Sequence record: SRR20825010_1536
Strand: one strand, 5' to 3'
Length of the DNA: 41,585 nucleotides
The notes beneath the pieces are model-generated. The model was given only the letters and a program-made list of their open reading frames with translations. It did no database searches and was not told the origin of the DNA. Position numbers and translations under genes: made by a program. Below are positions 31,156-41,499 of the stretch, one piece after another (the first letter of the stretch is position 1; every line of letters begins with the position of its first letter).

Positions 31156-31347
31156 AAATAAAAGGGTTTAATTCAATTATTATTAGTTGAAAAACACGAT
31201 ACAGGATTTCAGTATTTTCAAAAATTTATTCAAATCTCCAAGTTTACTAAAAAAATAACAAAAGATGACTGTTTATAATGAAAAAATAACATTTTGTAAT
31301 GGATATTTATCCTTTATTGGAGCTCGAAAGTTTTGACACCTTATTAC

Positions 31348-31355
31348 TATCTTTG
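31348..31355 (+). promoter_or_regulatory. Bacteroidota -7 promoter element for the HMG-CoA reductase operon
   Basis: TATCTTTG ending 21 nt before ATG 31377. Confidence 0.6.
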
Positions 31356-31376
31356 CCCAAAGTAACTATAAGCTCA

Positions 31377-32699
31377 ATGACCAAACCAATTGAAGGATTC
31401 TCCAAACTGTCCAAAGAGGATAAAATTAACTGGATTGCCGAACATTATACCCAAGATAGTGCGAAAAGCGTCGCTATTTTAAAACAGTATTGGAACGATG
31501 ATGAAAAATTGCAGAAATTACATGACGAATTCATTGAAAACACCATCACCAATTTTTATTTACCCCTAGGAATTGCACCCAATTTTCTCATAAACAACAA
31601 GCTCTACGCTATTCCAATGGCCATTGAAGAAAGTTCTGTGGTAGCAGCCGCCAGTAAAGCGGCAAAATTTTGGCAGTCCCGTGGGGGTTTTAAGACTACC
31701 GTTCTGGGAACGGAAAAAGTAGGTCAGGTACATTTTATGTATCACGGCGATACAGAAAAACTCATCGCATTTTTTAAGCTTGTTCGACCAAGATTGATCA
31801 ACAGTGTTGCCCCCATTGTTAAAAACATGGAAAAACGGGGAGGGGGAATCAAGAGTATTGAATTAAGGAATAAAACATCGGATTTGGATGATTATTTCCA
31901 ATTGCATTGCACTTTTGAAACCTTGGATGCCATGGGTGCCAATTTCATAAACTCCTGCCTGGAAGGGTTTGCCCATTGCCTAAAGGAGGAAGCTCAGCAA
32001 TATGCAGAATTTACGGATAGTGAGAAAGATATTGAAATAGTCATGAGTATTCTTTCCAATTACATCCCCAACTGTGTGGTAAAGGCAGAGGTTAGTTGTC
32101 CTGTTTCCGATTTAAAAGGCCACCACGGAATTTCCGCCGAGGATTTTGCAAAAAAAATGGTCCGGGCCGTTAATATTGCTAAAGTGGAACCCTATAGGGC
32201 CGTTACCCATAACAAGGGGATCATGAATGGAATTGATGCCGTAGTTTTGGCTACAGGAAACGATTTTAGGGCTATAGAAGCAGGTGCCCATGCCTATGCA
32301 TCAAAAGATGGACGCTATACCAGCCTTACGCACGCCAGTATGGACAACGGAATCTTTAAATTCTGGATAGAGATTCCCTTGGCCCTGGGAACTGTCGGTG
32401 GCCTAACCACCTTACATCCACTGGTAAAACTCGCCTTGGAAATATTACAAAATCCTACTGCAAAAGAACTAATGCAAATTGTAGCGGTAGCAGGCCTTGC
32501 TCAAAACTTTGGTGCCGTGCGCTCCTTGGTAACCACAGGCATTCAACAAGGACATATGAAAATGCATTTATTGAATATATTAAACCAGTTAGGAGCTACG
32601 GAAGAAGAAAAAATAAGATTGGTGGACTATTTTAAAAAGCATACGGCCTCCCACAGCGCAGTAGTGGTAGCTTTTGAAGAGTTGAGAAATAAAAAATGA
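31377..32699 (+). CDS. mvaA: Class II HMG-CoA reductase
   Basis: ENTI, PMAIEESSVVAAAS, DAMGAN, THNKGIMNG, GNDFRAIEA, GIQQGHMKMH; start moved to ATG 31377. Confidence 0.93.
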   Translation: MTKPIEGFSKLSKEDKINWIAEHYTQDSAKSVAILKQYWNDDEKLQKLHDEFIENTITNFYLPLGIAPNFLINNKLYAIPMAIEESSVVAAASKAAKFWQSRGGFKTTVLGTEKVGQVHFMYHGDTEKLIAFFKLVRPRLINSVAPIVKNMEKRGGGIKSIELRNKTSDLDDYFQLHCTFETLDAMGANFINSCLEGFAHCLKEEAQQYAEFTDSEKDIEIVMSILSNYIPNCVVKAEVSCPVSDLKGHHGISAEDFAKKMVRAVNIAKVEPYRAVTHNKGIMNGIDAVVLATGNDFRAIEAGAHAYASKDGRYTSLTHASMDNGIFKFWIEIPLALGTVGGLTTLHPLVKLALEILQNPTAKELMQIVAVAGLAQNFGAVRSLVTTGIQQGHMKMHLLNILNQLGATEEEKIRLVDYFKKHTASHSAVVVAFEELRNKK

Positions 32700-33619
32700 C
32701 AAAACAATATTATAGTAACGGAAAACTATTGATTACTGGGGAATATCTGGTTTTGGATGGTGCCCAAAGTTTAGCGGTACCTACCCTTTACGGACAATCA
32801 CTTTCTGTAAAAGAGACCCAGGATAAGTTGCTGACATGGAAAAGTTTGGACGATAAAGGAAAACCCTGGTTTGAAAGTGATTATGAATTGGAGGACTTTG
32901 ACCCAGTTACCAAAAACACAGTTTCCGAGGAGGCATTGGCTATTTCGGTTACCCTCAAAAAAATTCTCTTGGAAGCAAGAAAATTGAACCCTAGTTTTTT
33001 GAGCACTTCCCAAGGCTATGAAATTACCACGGCGCTGAACTTCCCAAGGGAATGGGGTTTAGGGTCATCGTCTACCTTGATCAATAACATTGCCCAATGG
33101 GCCCAAATAGATGCCTATGTGCTTCTGTGGAACGCTTTTTCGGGCAGCGGGTACGACATTGCCTGTGCTCAAAACAACTCACCTATTATTTACCAATTAA
33201 AGAACAGCAGACCAATTGTACATTCAGCATCCTTCAACCCTACATTTAAAAGCGACCTTTACTTTGTATATCTAAATCAAAAACAAAACAGTAGGGACGG
33301 CATTGCGCAGTATCGGAACAAAGAATTCAACGCCTTTTCCGCCATATCTCAAATTAATAGTATTACCCAACGAATATTGACCTGCACGCGGCTGTCCCAA
33401 TTTAATAAGCTTATTAAAAAACATGAATCAATTTTAAGCGAGATCCTAGGAACGCCCACAGTTAAAGAACGATTGTTTCCTGACTTTAAGGGGGCAATAA
33501 AAAGTCTAGGGGCCTGGGGAGGAGATTTTATATTGGCAACCGGCAACAAGACCACTCCGGATTATTTTAAGGAAAAGGGATATGCCACAGTTATTCCTTA
33601 TTCCAAAATGGTAAAATAG
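32696..33619 (+). CDS. GYDIA-family GHMP kinase (probable mevalonate-pathway kinase)
   Basis: GKLLITGEY, WGLGSSS, GSGYDIA, KSLGAWGGDF; ATGA overlap with the reductase. Confidence 0.88.
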   Translation: MTKQYYSNGKLLITGEYLVLDGAQSLAVPTLYGQSLSVKETQDKLLTWKSLDDKGKPWFESDYELEDFDPVTKNTVSEEALAISVTLKKILLEARKLNPSFLSTSQGYEITTALNFPREWGLGSSSTLINNIAQWAQIDAYVLLWNAFSGSGYDIACAQNNSPIIYQLKNSRPIVHSASFNPTFKSDLYFVYLNQKQNSRDGIAQYRNKEFNAFSAISQINSITQRILTCTRLSQFNKLIKKHESILSEILGTPTVKERLFPDFKGAIKSLGAWGGDFILATGNKTTPDYFKEKGYATVIPYSKMVK

Positions 33620-33655
33620 CCAGACTACGTTCGTAGGGATAAAACCGAAATTCCA

Positions 33656-33695
33656 AAAACAACAAAGCCTCCCGTTTGGGAGGCTTTGTTGTTTT
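33656..33695. terminator. Bidirectional intrinsic terminator
   Basis: Perfect 18-bp stem AAAACAACAAAGCCTCCC-GTTT-GGGAGGCTTTGTTGTTTT between convergent genes. Confidence 0.92.
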
Positions 33696-33714
33696 ATAAG
33701 GAACTTACGTTCTA

Positions 33715-35832
33715 CTAATAAAATGTTGCTCTTTTATCCTCAATTGTGGACGACTCCTTTAAGGCATTGTAAACGGCGAAGTTTACTCTGCCGGCAGCAC
33801 TGGCCTGTAAATTATTGGCATAGGTACTGTAGTTATCCAATTTGGCAGCTTCTTCTTTTTTGGTGACCGTCAACATATATACGCCACTATCTCCTTTAAT
33901 TAAACCAGAGGTTGCCCCTTGCTCCATAGCAAAGGCAGTACCCACTACAAAAGCCTCCGATCCTGCACCTGGAATAATTGGTGACTTCATGGTCAAGGCA
34001 GAAGCCGTGGAAGCTATAACATTATTATCCTTAGCGAAATCTTCCATAGATTTACCTTTATTGGCTTCTATGATTTGTGCCGCCTTTTTTTCCTTTCGTA
34101 TTTTTGGAAGTACCAAAGCCGAAGCGTCTTCCACGCTCATAAGTCCTTCAGCATACTTTGCAGTCAACCTCACAACGGCATATCCGTTGTTTATATTGAA
34201 CCTTTTAACCTCGCCCAATTTGGTATCATCGTTAAAAGCCCATTGAACAATGGCACGTTGTGCCGAAAGTCCCGGTAGGTTTTCATCCATTTCCTTAATT
34301 TTATTTACCGGCCTTACCACAAAATTACTTTCCTTGGCAGCAACGGCAAAATCCTTATCCGAGATAGTTTCCATTTCAAATTTGGTAGCCTCGGTGAACA
34401 AAGTATTGATAGTTTCTTCGGACGGCTCTATTTCCCTAGCCAAAGTAGCAATTCTAACAATATCCTGTTTGTCATCTATCTTAACGATGTGGAATCCAAA
34501 ATCTGTCTCTACCAAACCTATGGCTCCAACAGGATTACTAAATGTGAAATCGTTGAACGGTGCTACCATTACCCCTTCCTGATTATATCCAAGGTCACCA
34601 CCTTGGGGCGCAGAAGGTCCGTCTGAATTATCCCTGGCCAATTCGGCAAAAACAGTCCCAGCCCGCTTTGCCTCTGCCAACAATTCCTTAGCCTTTGCCT
34701 CAGCTTCCTCTTTGGTGCGGGTAACCTCTGGATTGGCACGTTGGGCGCCTGCATAAGAAATTAGGATATGACTTGATTTTACTGTACCATTTGCCTTTCT
34801 ATCCATCATTTTGGAAACCTTAAAGTAATCCCCATCGCGATAAGTACCGAACATACTTCCCTTTTCCAAGGTCATAAGTGTATCCGCAAATTTAGCAGGT
34901 AAATCTTTCTTTGCCTTATAAATGGTATCGTATTTAATATCCGAATTTCTATCCAAAAAGGCAATCATATCAGTTGTATTCCTGAAACCTTTAATGGTAT
35001 CGTTTGCGTCTTTTTGAGCATTGTACTCAACACGATCCTCCATAAGTTTGTTAATTTCTTCCTTTACGGCATTCTCATCTTCCAAGGAAGGCTTTTCCTC
35101 GAAATATACGAACTCCACATCTCTTGACCTATCTTGCTTATAGTCTTTCTTATGATCATTGATATAGGCCTCGATCTCTTTCTTGGTAACCGCTATGGAA
35201 GAATCCGGAATAGAGGAAAAAGGCACACGCACATACTTAATATCCACTTTATCATTGGCCAATTTATAATCCAATTCCCCTTCTTTCAAGGTTGAGCCTA
35301 CACCTGCTTTTATTAGGTTAAAATAGGTCTGTTCCTTTGCATTCTGAATTATGGCCTGTTCATCCTGTAACCACAAAGCGTAACGACTTGGATTGTTAGC
35401 TTTCCAATCGGCCACAGCCTCCCTAAACTTATTTTCATCGAAAACGCCACTGGCGTTGTGAAATTCAGGGTTTTGAACATATGAAGGAATAGTTTTAATG
35501 TAGTTTATTATCTGATCCTGTTCTATATTGATACCCAACTCCTCAAATTGCTGAGCAAGAATGGTATTCCTAACTTGTCTATCCCAAACTTGATTGACCA
35601 GTTGCATTGAAGAAGCAGTTGGACCGGCCATTCTAGAATACGCCTCCACATCCCTTCTAAATTGATCTATGGAAATTTCGTCCCCATTGATCTCCGCTAC
35701 GGAAGAACCAACCTTTCCACCCCCCAAATCATTGCTGCTGAACACTCCTGAAATTACGAATGCAAACAAAGCCAAACCAATGATTAAAATTAAAACGGTA
35801 GTTCGTTTCCTTATATTCTCTAAAATTGCCAT
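33715..35832 (-). CDS. PpiD-like periplasmic chaperone / parvulin PPIase
   Basis: L..IR plus TM anchor, SurA-type N-domain, SHILI, FAELA..NSD, GGDLG, ETDFGFHIV. Confidence 0.9.
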   Translation of the reverse strand: MAILENIRKRTTVLILIIGLALFAFVISGVFSSNDLGGGKVGSSVAEINGDEISIDQFRRDVEAYSRMAGPTASSMQLVNQVWDRQVRNTILAQQFEELGINIEQDQIINYIKTIPSYVQNPEFHNASGVFDENKFREAVADWKANNPSRYALWLQDEQAIIQNAKEQTYFNLIKAGVGSTLKEGELDYKLANDKVDIKYVRVPFSSIPDSSIAVTKKEIEAYINDHKKDYKQDRSRDVEFVYFEEKPSLEDENAVKEEINKLMEDRVEYNAQKDANDTIKGFRNTTDMIAFLDRNSDIKYDTIYKAKKDLPAKFADTLMTLEKGSMFGTYRDGDYFKVSKMMDRKANGTVKSSHILISYAGAQRANPEVTRTKEEAEAKAKELLAEAKRAGTVFAELARDNSDGPSAPQGGDLGYNQEGVMVAPFNDFTFSNPVGAIGLVETDFGFHIVKIDDKQDIVRIATLAREIEPSEETINTLFTEATKFEMETISDKDFAVAAKESNFVVRPVNKIKEMDENLPGLSAQRAIVQWAFNDDTKLGEVKRFNINNGYAVVRLTAKYAEGLMSVEDASALVLPKIRKEKKAAQIIEANKGKSMEDFAKDNNVIASTASALTMKSPIIPGAGSEAFVVGTAFAMEQGATSGLIKGDSGVYMLTVTKKEEAAKLDNYSTYANNLQASAAGRVNFAVYNALKESSTIEDKRATFY

Positions 35833-35937
35833 TATGTAAACTGTTTAAATTTATCCCGTTACTATCGGGAGGCGAAATTACTACTTTCTTTTGAAATAAT
35901 AAAAACTAAAAAAAACCAAAAAAAATCCCTCAAATGC

Positions 35938-37230
35938 CTATTCATCGTCAAGCACTACCAAGGATACCATATCTATTTTATTACTCGAAACTTCCAACAC
36001 CACAAAAAGGAAACGGCCGATCTTAATCTCGGAGTTTTTTTCTGGAATCTCTCCGGTTTCATTAATGATCAAGCCTCCCAATGTTTCGTACTCATCGCTT
36101 TCCGGAAGCTCCAATTTATATTGTTCATTAATATAATCTACTTCCAGTCTCCCAGAAAACTTATAGGAATTATCATTTATCTGCTCCTCATGCAGGTCTG
36201 TAGTGTCATGCTCATCCTCTATGTCACCAAACAGTACTTCCACAATATCCTCGACAGTCATTACTCCGGAAGTGCCCCCATACTCATCCAGAACTACAGC
36301 GATACTCTTCCTTTTTTTGGTCAATATATTTAGGATATCATTGATTAGCATTGTTTCCGGAACAAATTCTACGGGCAACAGGATACTTTTGATGGTTTTG
36401 GGTTTCTTAAAAAGCTCATAAGAATGCACATAACCAATAATGTTATCTATGGTATCCTTGAACACCAATATTTTAGAATAGCCCGTTTCCGTAAAAAGCT
36501 TTGCCAAATTTTTAGGGGTCTCTTGAAGTTCCACCGCCGCAATCTCTGTTCTTGGCACCATTACTTCCCTAGCCTTGACTCCTGAGAACTCCAAGGCATT
36601 CTGGAAAATTTGTATCTCGGAATCCACCTCATCTTCCTTTTCCACAGCTTCCATTTGTTCGGTAATATAATCTCCCAATTCTATTTTGCTAAAGGCCAAT
36701 TGCACCTCATCCCCATCTGTCTTAAAGAGCACCTTTAGAATTATATCGGAAATCCAAATAACGAAATCCGAAATTACAGAAAATAATACATAGAAAACAT
36801 AGGCAGGTATTGCCAATAACCTAAGCATAGTGTTGCTGTAGATCTGGAATAATACCTTGGGCAAAAACTCTGCGGTCAATAAAATAATCAAGGTAGAGAT
36901 AACGGTTTGGGTCACCAAACTGAAATCGGTAAGCATTAAACTTAAAAAGCCACCGGGGGTCGACTCGATTCCCGCAAATAGGCCCATAAGAAGATCTCCC
37001 ATAAAAAGTCCGTAGACCACAAGGGCAATGTTATTGCCAATAAGCATGGTGGCAATGAACTTGGAAGGTTTTTTGGTAAGGCGGGTCAGTACTTTGGGCA
37101 AAAACCCATCCTGCTTTTTTTCTATTTCTATGTGAATTTTATTCGCAGAAATAAAGGCTATTTCCATTCCTGAGAAAAAAGCCGAAAACAGCAATGAAAT
37201 AACAATGATAATGACAATATATGCCTCCAA
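35938..37230 (-). CDS. HlyC/CorC (CNNM-CBS-CorC) family membrane protein
   Basis: SAFFSG.E.A, LIGNN, AEFLPK, VMVPR, VLDEYGGTSG, EDIVE..FGDIEDEHD, YETLGG. Confidence 0.92.
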   Translation of the reverse strand: MEAYIVIIIVISLLFSAFFSGMEIAFISANKIHIEIEKKQDGFLPKVLTRLTKKPSKFIATMLIGNNIALVVYGLFMGDLLMGLFAGIESTPGGFLSLMLTDFSLVTQTVISTLIILLTAEFLPKVLFQIYSNTMLRLLAIPAYVFYVLFSVISDFVIWISDIILKVLFKTDGDEVQLAFSKIELGDYITEQMEAVEKEDEVDSEIQIFQNALEFSGVKAREVMVPRTEIAAVELQETPKNLAKLFTETGYSKILVFKDTIDNIIGYVHSYELFKKPKTIKSILLPVEFVPETMLINDILNILTKKRKSIAVVLDEYGGTSGVMTVEDIVEVLFGDIEDEHDTTDLHEEQINDNSYKFSGRLEVDYINEQYKLELPESDEYETLGGLIINETGEIPEKNSEIKIGRFLFVVLEVSSNKIDMVSLVVLDDE

Positions 37231-37232
37231 GA

Positions 37233-37436
37233 CTACTGTTTATTGTTTTTTTGACGCTCTTCGAACCTTTTTCTATAGGTTTTCTTAAAAATAAACATAC
37301 CTATGGAAACAATTCCGAAGAAAACAAACAAATAGGCCCTTTGCCTATCTATGTTCCACTGTTCATAAACCTCAAAAACGGATACTACCGCCACAGCCAA
37401 ATAAAGGTATTCCGTATATCTTAAAATCTTAATCAT
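37233..37436 (-). CDS. Small 2-TM hypothetical protein with basic C-tail
   Basis: 67 aa; overlaps the lptC-like stop and ends 2 nt before the next start. Confidence 0.72.
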   Translation of the reverse strand: MIKILRYTEYLYLAVAVVSVFEVYEQWNIDRQRAYLFVFFGIVSIGMFIFKKTYRKRFEERQKNNKQ

Positions 37437-38037
37437 TCTTTTTTTCTTTTATACTCATATAACCATAGGTCTTATTAGCATTAAAAAAACTAAAATCCCT
37501 ATTGAAGTCCATTCCCTCACCATCCATTATAGTTCCTTCCTCCGGATTGGTATATTTAAATTTCCGTTGGGTAAAAATCCAATCATTGGACCTATCCCAA
37601 TATAATTGCGGTGCCTCCAATTTTTTACCATCACTGGATTCCATAACCACATTACCCTGCAAATCTATTAAATTAGTACTGGAATAAATAATTCCGTAAT
37701 CTGCGGTAACCGTATTCTTTTCTCCTTTTTCATCAAAAAACTCCAAAATGAGTCCATTGGGAAAAGTTGTATAAGGAAAAGTCAGGTTGTCAAATTCATT
37801 ACTGACGGGGCTTTTTAGAACAGCAATAACATGTGCAGTAACAACCCCTTCATTTTTTTCAAGTTCATCGGTCTCCGTATAAGTTAAGGTAAATTCCTCC
37901 GCAACAGCACTTGGAAATATCTTTTTTATTGCCTCGTCTCCAACCCTCTTATAATTGTCTGCGCAGGAATAAAAAAGCATTGCCATAGAAAATACTATGG
38001 CAATGCTCCTTAAATTATATAAACCTTTTTTTTTCAT
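37429..38037 (-). CDS. lptC: LptC-family LPS export periplasmic protein (lipobox-like FYSC)
   Basis: FPNGL...FFD, TADYG, IDLQGNVV, L...QLYWD, G.GMD: beta-jellyroll-like pattern of Bacteroidota LptC. Confidence 0.75.
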   Translation of the reverse strand: MKKKGLYNLRSIAIVFSMAMLFYSCADNYKRVGDEAIKKIFPSAVAEEFTLTYTETDELEKNEGVVTAHVIAVLKSPVSNEFDNLTFPYTTFPNGLILEFFDEKGEKNTVTADYGIIYSSTNLIDLQGNVVMESSDGKKLEAPQLYWDRSNDWIFTQRKFKYTNPEEGTIMDGEGMDFNRDFSFFNANKTYGYMSIKEKKND

Positions 38038-38038
38038 C

Positions 38039-39409
38039 TTATAGGTTGGGCACTTTTACACTACCACCTACCCAACATGAGAAACTTACTGTTTTACCGG
38101 CCATTCCGGAATTAAATATATCCGTTTTAGACGGTGCCTTGGCTGAATAACTTGCAGCTGCCTGACCTGCCCTACCACTTAAAGCTGGATCCACACGCCC
38201 TGCTTGACGGGCCAATTCAGCAGCTTTCCAATAGATAGCCCTTTTCTCGAAAGGAGTACTACCACATTCATTGGCACTACCGGCATACAAACTGGCAATC
38301 AACAAATAGGCCTTACCATTGGAAGGATTGGCATCTATAGCCTTTTGCGCATAACTCCTTGCCGTAGATTTACTGCCTCTTCTGTAGCTAGTTGCTATTT
38401 TATAGGCGATATTGGATTTCTTCCTGGAATCGGTTTCCAGCTCCAAAGCCTTGTTGAAATCCGCAATGGCACCACTGGTATCCCCAGCATTGTTCTTAAG
38501 GGCACCACCATACATATATGCACTGGCGGAAGGCTCCAAGGCCAATTGCACCTCAAATAGTTTCTTGAACATTGGATCTTCGGTACACTCTTTACTGTAC
38601 ATTCTACCAACAGCTCTCTTAACCCATGTAATATCTCCCTTTTTGGAATCAAAATTCTTTTGATATAAAGGAATTAAGTTTTCACAATTCGCCAAAGCTC
38701 CCAATTTACTGTCTATACTTTCCGCTATTTTACCATAGCTTTCAGAATAACTGTTATAAGAACTCAATTGCTTTTTCTCTTTTGAGGTCAATGTACCGGC
38801 ATCTTCCTTAGGAAGAAGTTTGGTTATAACCTCTGTAAGCTTATCATTTTCTTCATCTATCTTTTCGGTAATGTTGTCGTATTTTTCAAATACTTCCTCC
38901 AATTCCCTTTTGCCGGCGCTGTTTAAATCTACCAAGCTAGAGAAATATAAATATAAGGCCTTAGGGTTTTTAAAATTTGCTTTATCCTCTGTAAAGGCTT
39001 TGTCCAGCTGAGTGTAGATTTCCTCATCGGTAATCATTTTCTCATCGTACTTCAACAATACCTTATCTATAATGGTCTCCGCAACGTCTGTTTTGGCAGG
39101 AAAGTACTTCATCCTATTATCATAAAGTTCCATTAAGGCATTAATATTGGCAGTTTTATCTGCCCCGGTGGATTTTTCAAGCCTATCCTTTAGAATTCGC
39201 TCACCATATAATATATTGGCCCAATTTAAGGTAGGACAATTATCATATACCATTTTCCATGGCGTATAAGCAGCCTCATAGTTCTTAACTTTTACATGCT
39301 CTGTGTAAATGGAAAGATTGGTCATACACTCCGGGTTTTGAGCTTGGGAATGCCCTAAACCCACAAATCCCATGGCGGCTATCGCTGTGATGTAGAGTTT
39401 CTTTTTCAT
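38039..39409 (-). CDS. Exported TPR-like alpha-helical protein
   Basis: Signal peptide, helical repeats (AIADFNKALELE, YAQKAIDANPSNGKAYLLIA), six Cys in the mature chain. Confidence 0.8.
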   Translation of the reverse strand: MKKKLYITAIAAMGFVGLGHSQAQNPECMTNLSIYTEHVKVKNYEAAYTPWKMVYDNCPTLNWANILYGERILKDRLEKSTGADKTANINALMELYDNRMKYFPAKTDVAETIIDKVLLKYDEKMITDEEIYTQLDKAFTEDKANFKNPKALYLYFSSLVDLNSAGKRELEEVFEKYDNITEKIDEENDKLTEVITKLLPKEDAGTLTSKEKKQLSSYNSYSESYGKIAESIDSKLGALANCENLIPLYQKNFDSKKGDITWVKRAVGRMYSKECTEDPMFKKLFEVQLALEPSASAYMYGGALKNNAGDTSGAIADFNKALELETDSRKKSNIAYKIATSYRRGSKSTARSYAQKAIDANPSNGKAYLLIASLYAGSANECGSTPFEKRAIYWKAAELARQAGRVDPALSGRAGQAAASYSAKAPSKTDIFNSGMAGKTVSFSCWVGGSVKVPNL

Positions 39410-39446
39410 CTGTCTGTTTATTTTAAGGTGGTTAAAGTAATAATTT

Positions 39447-40718
39447 TTAATTAATTTTTCTCGGTATGAACCATTTATCGTTTAAAGATAAGCCCACATT
39501 AACTTTGAAATAACTTTCTTCTACTAAATCCCCATATTTGGTTCCTCTTTTACCAAGTTCAAAGCCGATGTTAATATTTGAAAGACTACGACTCATACTA
39601 CTCAGTGGTAAACCTAATCCAAAAGTTATGCCAAAATCATTAATCTCCTTATTATCTACCACTATTCCCGATTTGGATACCTTTGCTCCGGCCCTGTAGG
39701 TCAATCTTTTCATATAACTGGTAAAAGAGGTGTAATCAGGAATATAATATCCTCCAAGCCTATAGGTCTGTGCATTTTGGTATTCCAAATTACTGGCAGG
39801 TGTAAGTTCGTTCTCAAAAGAGCTTAACTCCTGAAAACTGTACTCTGCCCCTAAAAACCACTTTTTATCTTGACCATAACCCACCCCCAATGTGGCGGTA
39901 GTTGGAATCTGCACCCCTGTACGTGCCAAGCCCTGAGCTTCCAAATCCACTTCCGTTACTTCAATATCCCTACCACTAACGGTGGAGAAGGAACCTATGG
40001 TCCTAGTATTTTCAGAAACCAAATTGGCCTGGGTATTTACTACAATGCTGGTAAAAAGAGTATGTTTTTCTGTTATGGCCGGTGTAAAACTGGCTCCAAA
40101 GTTAAAATCGAAGCCTTTAATTCTAGATTCAATCTTATTGAAAGAACCAAACTGTACATCTTCAATAGTCTGATAACTATTGGTATTCTGGTTCCCAAAA
40201 TTAAAATTACTGGTTACCCCTAAACTAAAGTTTTTGAAAAGTTCATATCCTACAGAGATATAAACCCTGTTCAACCCTCCTTCTCCATTAAACGATTCGG
40301 TTACAAGTCCTTGGTCGGTGTTTCTTTCGGAGAGAAAATTGTACCCTACGGAGGAATACGGCATAATACCAAAACCAAGACCAAAGCCTTTGCCCAAATT
40401 AACCCCTAAAGACAGGTAGTCCAAATTTGAAATGGAGGCATTTTCCTTGGAATCGTTACTTTCAAACCTGTACTCCTTACGTGATAGTCCCGCTGTGTAG
40501 GTCGTTAATCCCAATTTACTGTATGCTGCGGGATTATTAAGATTGATGTGAATACTATCTGTATAAACACTCAACCCGCCCATCATTTGATTCTCCACTG
40601 TGCCGGTAGCCCTTAAATCCCCAACACCAAAATAAGAATAGGGGGAGGCAGTACTATTCTGAGCATATATGCCTACCGAAGTTACGCATAAAATTGCAAT
40701 AATAAAATTTTTGATCAT
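39447..40718 (-). CDS. FadL-like outer-membrane beta-barrel protein
   Basis: Signal peptide, SPYS.FG.G N-terminus, MGG, NPA motif, alternating aromatic strands, C-terminal L.LNDKWF. Confidence 0.8.
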   Translation of the reverse strand: MIKNFIIAILCVTSVGIYAQNSTASPYSYFGVGDLRATGTVENQMMGGLSVYTDSIHINLNNPAAYSKLGLTTYTAGLSRKEYRFESNDSKENASISNLDYLSLGVNLGKGFGLGFGIMPYSSVGYNFLSERNTDQGLVTESFNGEGGLNRVYISVGYELFKNFSLGVTSNFNFGNQNTNSYQTIEDVQFGSFNKIESRIKGFDFNFGASFTPAITEKHTLFTSIVVNTQANLVSENTRTIGSFSTVSGRDIEVTEVDLEAQGLARTGVQIPTTATLGVGYGQDKKWFLGAEYSFQELSSFENELTPASNLEYQNAQTYRLGGYYIPDYTSFTSYMKRLTYRAGAKVSKSGIVVDNKEINDFGITFGLGLPLSSMSRSLSNINIGFELGKRGTKYGDLVEESYFKVNVGLSLNDKWFIPRKIN

Positions 40719-41447
40719 CTAGCGCTTGTTGTATTCTAACAAATGGTATAACCCCAACAGGAGAAATTTAGAATGCGCAAATATGGTATTTTTTAATCGT
40801 TTTGACAAAAATTGAGCATCACCTCCTGTTAAAATAACTGTTAAATCGACAAATCTACTTCTATATTGATCAATTGTACCGTCAATTTCGTTGCAAATTC
40901 CATTAATTACACCACTATGCATACTAGTTTCAGTACTATTTCCAATAAAGTCTATTATGGCCTTTTTTTTCAACATGGGCAATTTGGACGTTTGTTCGTG
41001 CATAGCTTTGTACCTCATAGCTATTCCAGGCGAAATGGCCCCTCCCAAATATTCCCCATAGTCGTTAACCGCATCATAGGTAACACAGGTACCCGCATCT
41101 ATGACCAGGGTATTTCCTTTGGGGTTATGATAAAAGGCTGCAGTTGCAAGGGCAATACGGTCCACACCTAGGGTCTGGGGAGTAGCATATGAATTCTTAA
41201 AGGGGGTTTTGGAGGTGTAACTCAGGACATGAACTTTACAAAAAACGCATAACATGGCTATTTCCTCATGGCTCATGCCTCCTACGTTGGATACAATGGC
41301 ATTTTGAATGAGAACGTACTCGGCAAAAATAGATTTAACATTTTTTGCATAATCCGCATTGGGAATTTTTCGATAGGAAATAATTTTACCATTATCGAAA
41401 ACCGCCATTTTTACTAGGGAATTACCCACATCTACAATCAAGTTCAT
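40719..41447 (-). CDS. coaX: Type III pantothenate kinase
   Basis: VDVGNS..K, LGVDR, IDAGTC.TYD, GGAISPG, LTGGD. Confidence 0.95.
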   Translation of the reverse strand: MNLIVDVGNSLVKMAVFDNGKIISYRKIPNADYAKNVKSIFAEYVLIQNAIVSNVGGMSHEEIAMLCVFCKVHVLSYTSKTPFKNSYATPQTLGVDRIALATAAFYHNPKGNTLVIDAGTCVTYDAVNDYGEYLGGAISPGIAMRYKAMHEQTSKLPMLKKKAIIDFIGNSTETSMHSGVINGICNEIDGTIDQYRSRFVDLTVILTGGDAQFLSKRLKNTIFAHSKFLLLGLYHLLEYNKR

Positions 41448-41499
41448 ACTGTAAAGATCAAAAAACTTTAAAAAACAAAAACCTTTTTTTTCATTTTTG

